A stretch of 64,000 bases of DNA, taken from NCBI GenBank assembly GCA_963695095.1, contig CAVOFT010000001.1, positions 3,424,001 through 3,488,000 on the forward strand, given 5' to 3'. The translations under genes and the position numbers were made by a program. The notes beneath the pieces were generated by a model, which was given only the letters and a program-made list of their open reading frames with translations, did not search any database and was not told the DNA's origin. This document shows positions 51,120 through 60,224 of the stretch, in pieces. The stretch comes from an uncultured bacterium. GTDB lineage: Bacteria > Krumholzibacteriota > Krumholzibacteriia > JACNKJ01. Position 1 is the first letter of the stretch, and every line of letters starts with the position of its first letter.

Positions 51120-51135
51120 TGGCATATGCCTTGCA
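51120..51135 (+). promoter_or_regulatory. Sigma54 promoter of the hypothetical gene
   Basis: TGGCATATGCCTTGCA, 34 nt before ATG 51170. Confidence 0.75.
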
Positions 51136-51169
51136 GTTTTTGCGTCGCCCTTCAGCGGGCGGGAGGGAT

Positions 51170-51844
51170 ATGGACACCGTCTACCTGCAGATCGACGGCG
51201 GACAGGCCCAGCGGCGCAAGCGGCGCTTCGGATTCATGATCGAGGCGCTCCTGCGCAGCCGCCTGTCGGCCGGCCTCGAGACGGGCTGCCATCGTCCCGA
51301 CGAAGACGTGAACATGTACCTGGCCGATCTGCTCTGCCACTACGCGGAGGGCGGAGCCGAGCGCTGGCAGAGCGACTACATCATTCCCTATGCGGGCGAT
51401 CTGGCCGAGCGCGTGGCGAGCGCCGGCGAGTGCCGCACCAAGTACCTCATCTATCGGAAGAATGCCGACCATCTCCTCGTGAGCCTGGGCATCTTCGGCA
51501 ATCCCTGGCTGCGCGGCCCGGTGCAGGGCAGCTGTCCGTGGCGGGCCAATCGGGAGGAGAGCATCGGGCGGGGCAAGAGCTACTATGCGCGGGCGGCGAC
51601 CTACGCCTCGCGGCTCGGCGAAGGCCGGCGCGGTCTGGACGCCTTGCTGGCGAAGCTGGAGATCGGCTTCGAGGAGTACCTGCGCATCCTCGAGACCCTG
51701 CGCAGCGAGGCCTTCAATCTGCGGCAGATCTTCACCGTCGGCGAGTGGTACCACTTCTGCCGCGAGCTGGGGATCAGTCCTCGTACTCCGCCGGGGGGCC
51801 CGGCGCCGGGGGGGGAGCCGCCGCCTTCCGCTGTGCTTGGATGA
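51170..51844 (+). CDS. Hypothetical protein (mostly helical)
   Basis: GGAGG RBS and coding-like bias; VNMYLADLL, ADHLLVSLGIF, GKSYY. Confidence 0.75.
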   Translation: MDTVYLQIDGGQAQRRKRRFGFMIEALLRSRLSAGLETGCHRPDEDVNMYLADLLCHYAEGGAERWQSDYIIPYAGDLAERVASAGECRTKYLIYRKNADHLLVSLGIFGNPWLRGPVQGSCPWRANREESIGRGKSYYARAATYASRLGEGRRGLDALLAKLEIGFEEYLRILETLRSEAFNLRQIFTVGEWYHFCRELGISPRTPPGGPAPGGEPPPSAVLG

Positions 51845-52694
51845 ACTCCTGCACCTCGCGCGTGACCCGCGCGCTCTCGGCGCCCTCGAGCAGCAAGTGG
51901 CCGCCCTTGTCGAGCAGGAGCGTGCGCGCCCGCTTGCCCAGGGCGCGCTGGACGCGGCGCAAGCCGGCCGTGCCGAGCTCCGGGTTGTCCTTGGCGTGGA
52001 TGGCCAGGACCGGGGCGCTGAGTCCGGACAGCTGCGCCGACGCCTCGTGCACGGCGCCGTAGCGGTCGGCCATCCAGCGGTGGGGACTGCGGGCGATCAT
52101 CCGCTCGAAGAGGCGCGGGAAGAGCCGGCGCCAGCCCAGGGCCAGGCGCTCGCGCAGGCTCAGGTGCGGCTTGAGCGGCGGCGAGAGCAGGGTGAGGCTG
52201 GCCACCGGGTGCCGCGCCGCGATGAGAATGGCGAGGATGCCGCCGAAGCTCGACCCCACGAGGTGGATGGGCACGTCGAGCAGGGCCAGGTTGCTGTAGC
52301 GCATCTCGAGCTCGGCCAGGGGCAGCTGCCAGGGCACGCCGCCGCGCTGCTCGCCCACCGCTGCCTCGCTGGGCAGCAGCGAGCTGTAGACGGTCATCCC
52401 CGCGCGGTAGAGGTGGCGGCCGAGCTGGAAGTACTGGGCGGGCGTGCTGTGGCCCCCCGGGACGAGGAGCACCGCCGCCGTCGGCGTTTCCTGGATGTAG
52501 AGGAAGGAGCGATCCCGCTTGGGGATGTCCAGGTCCTCTTCGCGCAGGCGCTGCAGCTCGTAGTGGCTGCGCAGGATGTTGAGCCGCTCGGCCAAGGGCA
52601 GCCGCGAGCCCTGGTTCATCCGCTCCAGGGTCCAGACCGTGTCGGTGATGTTGCGGAGCTGCTCTTCGCGGCTGCTCGGAATGACGGAGCTCAT
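51774..52694 (-). CDS. Alpha/beta hydrolase (carboxylesterase-like)
   Basis: Nucleophile elbow GSSFGG, PVLAIHAKD, GGHLL; start uncertain (alternative 52757). Confidence 0.8.
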   Translation of the reverse strand: MSSVIPSSREEQLRNITDTVWTLERMNQGSRLPLAERLNILRSHYELQRLREEDLDIPKRDRSFLYIQETPTAAVLLVPGGHSTPAQYFQLGRHLYRAGMTVYSSLLPSEAAVGEQRGGVPWQLPLAELEMRYSNLALLDVPIHLVGSSFGGILAILIAARHPVASLTLLSPPLKPHLSLRERLALGWRRLFPRLFERMIARSPHRWMADRYGAVHEASAQLSGLSAPVLAIHAKDNPELGTAGLRRVQRALGKRARTLLLDKGGHLLLEGAESARVTREVQEFIQAQRKAAAPPPAPGPPAEYED

Positions 52695-52783
52695 GGCGTG
52701 GCTGCGGGCTCGATGGCGGAGGGAAGGGTCCGGAAATTCCTCGCAAATATACTCCATCTTCGGGTCGCCTGCCACAGCCGCAA

Positions 52784-52812
52784 TTGACACTCAAGCGGAA
52801 TTCCTCTAAGAT
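52784..52812 (+). promoter_or_regulatory. Sigma70 promoter of the cys leader / cysE transcript
   Basis: TTGACA-17 nt-TAAGAT. Confidence 0.8.
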
Positions 52813-52853
52813 AGCGGCTAGTTGTAACGAGCCTCCGCGACGAGGAAATTTCG

Positions 52854-52928
52854 ATGGACCGACTCCTGAGCAGTTCCTTCTGCTGTTGTCGCCCCCTTCA
52901 CAACAGGGATCGGCGGGAAGAACTGTAG
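52854..52928 (+). CDS. Cys/Ser-rich attenuator leader peptide [24 protein letters not shown]
   Basis: GAGGA RBS, ATG at 52854, TGC TGT TGT at 52881-52889, TAG at 52926-52928; too short for the ORF track. Confidence 0.8.
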   Translation: MDRLLSSSFCCCRPLHNRDRREEL

Positions 52929-52959
52929 TCCGGTAGCTCCTCAGCACAGCGAAAACAGG

Positions 52960-52988
52960 ACGCGGGCCTTCCGGCCCGCGTTTTTTTT
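52960..52988 (+). terminator. Attenuator terminator upstream of cysE
   Basis: ACGCGGGCC-TTCC-GGCCCGCGT followed by a T-run (T8), about 43 nt before the cysE ATG. Confidence 0.88.
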
Positions 52989-53031
52989 CAGCCGGCGCCG
53001 TCCCGAGCCCGGCGACGAAGCGAGGTGGACG

Positions 53032-53715
53032 ATGAAGCTCTGGCACAAGCTCCGCGAAGATCTGCGCTCGGCCCAGGAGCGCGACCCGGCCGCACAGGGC
53101 GCCCTGGAGCTGCTGTTGCTGTACCCCAGCCTCCACGCGGTCTGGGCCTACCGGCTGGCCCATGGGCTCTGGCGGCGGGGCCTGCGCTTCCCCGCCCGCT
53201 TCCTGATGAGCGGCGTCCGCGTCTTCACCGGCGTGGAGATCCACCCGGGCGCCGTCATCGGCCGGCGTTTCTTCATCGACCACGGCGTGGGGGTCGTGAT
53301 CGGCGAGACGACCGAGATCGGCGACGACGTCCTCCTCTATCAGGGCGTCACCCTCGGCGGCACCAGCCTGGCCAAGGGCAAGCGCCACCCCACGCTGGGT
53401 CACCACGTGGTAGTGGGCGCCGGGGCCAAGGTGCTCGGGCCCATCCGCATCGGCGACGGCGCTCGCGTCGGAGCAAGCAGCGTGGTGATCAAGGACGTGG
53501 CGCCCCAGCAAGTGGTGGTCGGCATCCCCGCGCGCGTCGTCGGGCACCGCGAGGACGCCGAAATCCGCCTCCGCCACCACCTGATCAATGATCCCGTGCA
53601 GGAGAGCCTGCGCGGCCTCGAGGAGCGCATCCGCTTCCTCGAGAGCCGTCTGCAGGAGCGCCGGGACCCGCCGGAGCCCGCCGGGAGCGATGTGGCGGCC
53701 GACGATCCGCGCTGA
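53032..53715 (+). CDS. cysE: Serine O-acetyltransferase
   Basis: [35 protein letters not shown]. Confidence 0.95.
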   Translation: MKLWHKLREDLRSAQERDPAAQGALELLLLYPSLHAVWAYRLAHGLWRRGLRFPARFLMSGVRVFTGVEIHPGAVIGRRFFIDHGVGVVIGETTEIGDDVLLYQGVTLGGTSLAKGKRHPTLGHHVVVGAGAKVLGPIRIGDGARVGASSVVIKDVAPQQVVVGIPARVVGHREDAEIRLRHHLINDPVQESLRGLEERIRFLESRLQERRDPPEPAGSDVAADDPR

Positions 53716-53888
53716 GCCCCCATCGCCGCACGCGGCTGGGCCCGATTGCAGCTTCTCGCAAGCGCTTGGCGGGAAACGCGTTGATGACGCCGCCATCTTG
53801 AACCCGGCTGCCGGCTCTGGCATATTGAGGCCTCGTGCGCCGCCTCCGGGCGGTGCCTGGCCGCCACCTGTCATGAGGAGCCAAGACC

Positions 53889-54827
53889 ATGAAGAAGGTG
53901 AGCATCGTCGGCAGCGGAAACGTGGGCGTGAATACCGCCTTCTTCATCGCCGAAACCGCCGCCGCCAATGTCCTGCTCGTGGACATTCAGGAGGGCATAT
54001 CCACCGGCAAGGCCCTGGACCTCATGGAGGCCGCGCCGATTCGCCGCTATCGCACGAGCATCGAAGGCAGCGACGCGATTGCCGACATCGCTGACAGCGA
54101 AGTGGTGGTGCTCGCCGCCGGCCGCATCCGCACGCCGGGCAAGGAGCGCAGCGAGCACTTCCAGGAGAACGCCGCCACGGCGCGAGAGATCGCCGCGGCC
54201 ATCGTCAAGTACGCGCCGGAAGCCAAGGTGATCGTGGCCACCGAGCCCGTGGACGCCATCGTCAAGGTCGTGCTCGACGCCACGGGCTTCGACCGCCACC
54301 GCGTGATCGGCGTGGGCGGGATCCTGGACAGCATGCGCATGGCCTCCTTCATCGCCGACGCCCTCGGCGTGAGTCCCCGCGACATCCACGCGCTGGTCAT
54401 CGGCAGCCACACCAGCCGCATGGTGCCGCTGCCCTTCTACGCGCGCGTCAACGGCGTCGAGATCACGCAGCTCCTGGACGCGCAGACCGTGGGCCGCATC
54501 GTCGACGATACCCGCCGGGCGGGCGACATGATCGTCGACCTCGCCAAGCGCGCGAATGCCTTCTACGCGCCCAGCGCCGCCATCGCTACCCTCGTCGAGG
54601 CCATCTGCCTGGACCTCAAGCTGGTGCGCTCGGTGAGCGTGATGCTCGAGGGCGAGTACGGCCTCAGCGGCGTGGCCCTCAGCGTGCCCTGCAAGCTGGG
54701 CGCGGGCGGCGTGGAGCAGATCATCGAACTGGCCCTCAACGAGGAAGACCGCCAGGCGCTCGCCGCTTCGGCCGGTCCCGTGCGCGCGCTCGTCGCCGCC
54801 GGCGACGAAAGGAAGGGAACGCGATGA
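53889..54827 (+). CDS. Divergent LDH-like malate dehydrogenase paralog
   Basis: GSGNVG, GKALDL, GILDSMR; ATEPVD and GSHTS deviate from consensus. Confidence 0.85.
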   Translation: MKKVSIVGSGNVGVNTAFFIAETAAANVLLVDIQEGISTGKALDLMEAAPIRRYRTSIEGSDAIADIADSEVVVLAAGRIRTPGKERSEHFQENAATAREIAAAIVKYAPEAKVIVATEPVDAIVKVVLDATGFDRHRVIGVGGILDSMRMASFIADALGVSPRDIHALVIGSHTSRMVPLPFYARVNGVEITQLLDAQTVGRIVDDTRRAGDMIVDLAKRANAFYAPSAAIATLVEAICLDLKLVRSVSVMLEGEYGLSGVALSVPCKLGAGGVEQIIELALNEEDRQALAASAGPVRALVAAGDERKGTR

Positions 54828-55762
54828 AGAAGGTCAGCATCATCGGCGCCGGGCATGTGGGCGCCACCTGTGCCTACTACGTGGCCGAGAAGAACATCGC
54901 CAACATCGTGCTCGTGGACGTGATCGAGGGCATGCCCCAGGCCAAGGGCCTGGACTTCTGCCAGGCAGCGCCTCTGCGCCAGTACGGCGTCAAGGTGACG
55001 GGCACCAACCGCTACGCCGAGATCGCGGACAGCGACGTGGTCGTCATCACGGCCGGCGTGCCGCGCAGGCCCGGCATGGACCGCATGGATCTGCTCAAGA
55101 TCAACACGGAGATCGTCAAGACCGCCGCCCGCGCGGTGGCCGAGTACGCGCCCAACAGCACGATCATCGTGGTGAGCAACCCGCTGGACATCATGTGCAT
55201 GGTGGCCCTGGATGCCAGCGGCTTCGCCCTCAGGCGGGTCTTCGGCATGGCGGGCATCCTCGACAGCACGCGCTTCCGCTGGTTCGTGGCCGAGAAGCTG
55301 GGCGTCTCCGTGCACAACGTGCAGGCGATGGTGCTCGGCGGCCACGGCGACACGATGGTGCCCCTGCCCCGCTTCACGACGGTCAACGGGATTCCGATCA
55401 CGGAGCTCCTGACCGCAGCGGACATCTTGGCCCTCTCGGACCGCACCCGCGAGGGTGGCGCCGAGATCGTCAAGTACCTCAAGACGGGCTCGGCCTTCTA
55501 TGCCCCGGCGGCGAGCGCCGCGGAAATGGTGGAGGCCGTGCTCACCGACGAGAAGCGCATCCAGCCCTGCGCCGCCTATCTGCGCGGGGAATACGGCTAC
55601 GAAGCCATCTTCCTCGGCGTGCCCGTGCTGATCGGCGCCAACGGGGCCGAGAAGATCATCGAGCTGGATCTGTCCCTCGAGGAGAAGGCAATGCTCGACA
55701 AGAGCGCCGAGGCGGTGCACGAGGGCCTCAAGGCCCTGCGCAGCTTCTACACGATGGCCTGA
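54824..55762 (+). CDS. mdh: Malate dehydrogenase (LDH-like)
   Basis: GAGHVG, TAGVPRRPGMDRMDLL, SNPLD, LDSTR, GGHGD, GSAFYAP. Confidence 0.95.
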   Translation: MKKVSIIGAGHVGATCAYYVAEKNIANIVLVDVIEGMPQAKGLDFCQAAPLRQYGVKVTGTNRYAEIADSDVVVITAGVPRRPGMDRMDLLKINTEIVKTAARAVAEYAPNSTIIVVSNPLDIMCMVALDASGFALRRVFGMAGILDSTRFRWFVAEKLGVSVHNVQAMVLGGHGDTMVPLPRFTTVNGIPITELLTAADILALSDRTREGGAEIVKYLKTGSAFYAPAASAAEMVEAVLTDEKRIQPCAAYLRGEYGYEAIFLGVPVLIGANGAEKIIELDLSLEEKAMLDKSAEAVHEGLKALRSFYTMA

Positions 55763-55866
55763 TGACGGCGCCGCCGGGCGCCGCCCACCGGCGCCGGGCG
55801 GGAACCCGGACGGGCCGCGGCGGTAGCAGCGGGCCGTCGACATCTTCAGCGATTCCGCGGGGGGGC

Positions 55867-55895
55867 TTGACCCCGGCGATCCCCTCCGGTACAAC
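55867..55895 (+). promoter_or_regulatory. Sigma70-like promoter of the cytochrome c gene
   Basis: TTGACC-17 nt-TACAAC. Confidence 0.55.
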
Positions 55896-55934
55896 GCGAG
55901 CATTCCGGGACCGCAACCTGTCAAGGAGAGTGCA

Positions 55935-56492
55935 ATGAGAAGAATCGCGCTGTTTCTCGCGCTGCTGGGCGCGGCGGCCATGCTGAGCGCCGGCTACGCC
56001 TGGGCCGAGGGGGAAGCCCACGCCTACATCGGCCTCAAGAAGTGCAGCATGTGCCACAAGAAGGAAGCCACGGGCAACCAGTTTGCCAAGTGGGAAGCGA
56101 GCGCCCATGCCAAGGCCTTCGCCAGCCTGAGCAGTGAGGCGGGCAAGGCCAAGGCCGCCAAGCTGAGCGTGGCCGATCCGACCACCGATGCCAAGTGCCT
56201 GAGCTGCCACATGACCGGCCACGGCACCAAGGCCGAGCTGGGCGGCGAGCTGCTGCTGCCGGCCGATGGGGTCTCCTGCGAGGCCTGCCATGGCGCGGGC
56301 GGCGACTACTACAAGAAGGCCACGATGGAGGAGATCACCGCGGGCACCCTGGACGGCAAGACCGTCGGTCTCGTCCAGCCCACCAAGGAAGTCTGCCTGA
56401 CCTGCCACAAGGCCGACAACCCCGAGCACAAGGGCGTCTTCGACTTCGCCGAGATGGTGAAGAAGATCGCGCACCCGATTCCCAAGCCCTAG
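55935..56492 (+). CDS. Periplasmic tetraheme cytochrome c (c554-like)
   Basis: Signal peptide, YIG..KCSMCH, W..S.HAKAF; 4 CxxCH motifs. Confidence 0.9.
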   Translation: MRRIALFLALLGAAAMLSAGYAWAEGEAHAYIGLKKCSMCHKKEATGNQFAKWEASAHAKAFASLSSEAGKAKAAKLSVADPTTDAKCLSCHMTGHGTKAELGGELLLPADGVSCEACHGAGGDYYKKATMEEITAGTLDGKTVGLVQPTKEVCLTCHKADNPEHKGVFDFAEMVKKIAHPIPKP

Positions 56493-56595
56493 TGATCGGC
56501 CTCGCGCCGACACCGCCTGAACAGGACACCCCGCCGGGCCACGCTCGGCGGGGTGATCTGTTTGCCCGCAGCGGTGCGGGCCGCTTGCGGCCGGC

Positions 56596-58527
56596 CTAGA
56601 TCGCCGGTCCGCGCTCCCCGGCCTCGCGCTCGGCGATGATCGCCGCTTCCTCCGCATTGCTCGCGGCCAGAGCCAGCGGGTGCTCGGCCTTGAACTGCTC
56701 CTCGGGCATGAAGCCGGTCAGCCAGGAGGGGTTCATCGGGTAGACATTGGGACTGAACACGGTCGAGTACAGGTGCCAGATGAGGATGGCCAGGAAGGCC
56801 AGCCAGGCCTCGTAGTAGTGGATGACGAGCATGACGTCCAGGAAGCCCTTGGGCAGCCAGTTGACGAAGAAGTTGTCGAACCAGAGCATGAGCCCGGTGG
56901 CGCCCATGACCATCGTGCCCCAGACCAGCGCCCAGTACTCGGCCTTCTCCACGTAGGAGAAGCGGCCGAAGGGGGGGTGCGTCTTGCTGCGGCCGAGGTT
57001 GTAGGCCATGGTGCCGATGAAGTCGCGGAAGTCCTGGCCGGTGGGCCACATCTGCTTGACGAAGATCCGCCCGCGGCGCGTGAGCAGGAAGAGCAGGTGC
57101 CAGATCGAGGCCAGCAGCAGCACCACGCCCGCGACGCGGTGCAAGTTGCCCCGGAAGGTGTAGCCGCACTCCCAGCCGAAGAGCCAGCGCGACCACCAGG
57201 CCTCGTAGAAGCGCAGCGAGAAGCCGCTGACGACGAGCACCGTGAAGGACAGGGCGAGGATGAAGTGCTGGACCACCTCGTCGGCCTCCATGCGCCGCAC
57301 CTGCTTCTTGGCCATCACCTTGCGAATCTGGTGCGCCAGGTCGATGAGCCAGTGCAGGGCCATGCCGCCGATGACCACGAAGATGAGCGCGATGTAGATC
57401 GTCCGCACGAGGCCGGCCACGCCGGTGTGCAGGCCGGTGGAGTCCTGGTGGATGGGCGTCGCGGCGATCTTGGCCGTGATGGCGGGATGACAGCCGCCGC
57501 AGGTGTGCTGGAGGTTCTGCGGGTTGATGGTCGAGCCGGGATCGCTGGCCGGCAGGATGCGGTGCGCGCCGTGGCAGGAGGCGCAGTTGGCCACGGTGAC
57601 GTCGCCGGCCTGGCTCTTGAGCCCGTGGTAGGAGTCCTGGAAGGACTGCAGGCGCCCGGTCGGCAGCTCGTACTTGTCGTTGAGCATCGCCGACTCGTGG
57701 CAAGGCGAACAGGTGGCCTCGGCCAGGCGGTGGGAGCTGACCGGCGAACGGGGATCGCTGGTCGGCAGGATATTGTGCTCGCCGTGGCAGGTGGTGCAGA
57801 TGGGCGAGTCCACCTGGCCGCGCTCGGTGAGCTGGCCGTGGATGCCCTCGTGGTAGTCCTGGGCGATGTACTGGTGGCACTTGCCGCAGGTCTTGGCGAT
57901 GTTGAAGTGGTTGATCGCCGAGTTAACGTCGCCCGGCGGCAGGATCTTGTGGGCGCTGCCGTCGGTGGAGTGGCAATCGTTGCAGGTGGCCGCCGAGTAG
58001 ATCCCGCCCAGGGCGGCCCGCCCGTGCACGCTGTTGGTGTAGACGTTCACCGGGTGCTTGAAGCGAATGCCCTGCGCCTCGGTGAAGGCGTCGTCCTCGT
58101 GGCACTTGCCGCAGGTCTTGGGCAGGTTGAGCGAGTTGACCGGCGACTCCTTCTCGACCACGGCGCGAATATCGTGGGTGCCGTGGCAGTCGCTGCAGGT
58201 CGGCACTCCGGGATTGACGCCCACCTTGCCCAGTCCATGCCGGGTGTAGACGCGGCTCACGTCCTCGTGGCACTGAGCGCAATCAGCGGCGGGGAGATCG
58301 TCCTCATGGGGCAGCTCGGCGATGCCAAGGTGACAGTCCAGGCAGCCGAGATCGGCATGGACGCTCTTGGCCAGGTGCGCCGGCGTCACCTCCACGGGAT
58401 CGCCGCCCGACCCCTGGTGGCAGTCGAGGCAGTCCTTGTCGGTGACCTGGGCGAGGCTGGGACCGGCGAGGAGGAGGCCGAGGACCAGCGCCGGCAGCGC
58501 CGCCCGGCCGGGGATGAGAGCGCGCAT
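56596..58527 (-). CDS. CbcL-like fusion: 11-heme cytochrome c plus FdnI/HydC-type cytochrome b
   Basis: 11 CxxCH counted; C-terminal TM domain with QH, LHR, WH, EKAEYWA and IHYYEAWLA..IWHLY. Confidence 0.87.
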   Translation of the reverse strand: MRALIPGRAALPALVLGLLLAGPSLAQVTDKDCLDCHQGSGGDPVEVTPAHLAKSVHADLGCLDCHLGIAELPHEDDLPAADCAQCHEDVSRVYTRHGLGKVGVNPGVPTCSDCHGTHDIRAVVEKESPVNSLNLPKTCGKCHEDDAFTEAQGIRFKHPVNVYTNSVHGRAALGGIYSAATCNDCHSTDGSAHKILPPGDVNSAINHFNIAKTCGKCHQYIAQDYHEGIHGQLTERGQVDSPICTTCHGEHNILPTSDPRSPVSSHRLAEATCSPCHESAMLNDKYELPTGRLQSFQDSYHGLKSQAGDVTVANCASCHGAHRILPASDPGSTINPQNLQHTCGGCHPAITAKIAATPIHQDSTGLHTGVAGLVRTIYIALIFVVIGGMALHWLIDLAHQIRKVMAKKQVRRMEADEVVQHFILALSFTVLVVSGFSLRFYEAWWSRWLFGWECGYTFRGNLHRVAGVVLLLASIWHLLFLLTRRGRIFVKQMWPTGQDFRDFIGTMAYNLGRSKTHPPFGRFSYVEKAEYWALVWGTMVMGATGLMLWFDNFFVNWLPKGFLDVMLVIHYYEAWLAFLAILIWHLYSTVFSPNVYPMNPSWLTGFMPEEQFKAEHPLALAASNAEEAAIIAEREAGERGPAI

Positions 58528-58715
58528 TGGACACTCCTTGGCAGGCGAGGCGCCGGGCGCCCGGGGGCACCCGGCGAGTTGGCCGGTACAGAATATGGAC
58601 TTCCGGGTCTCCAATCAAGGGTCAACGAGCGTTTACACTGGAATTTCAGGCGCTGTTTGCCTTGAATAGGGACTTCCGCTAGTCTGGGCGCCCCCCATCC
58701 CGCCGGAGGTCCTCG

Positions 58716-60155
<1,440 letters not shown>

Positions 60156-60224
60156 TCCGGAAGCGACGTGGGGCGGGGTTCAGCCCCCGCCCATGCACCA
60201 AGGGTGACACGCCTTACCGAGAGG

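Noticed and set aside
53818..53835. Sigma54 promoter before the mdh pair (TGGCATATTG)
   Set aside because: No GC at the -12 position; fits a sigma70-like TTGAAC-17-CATATT better.
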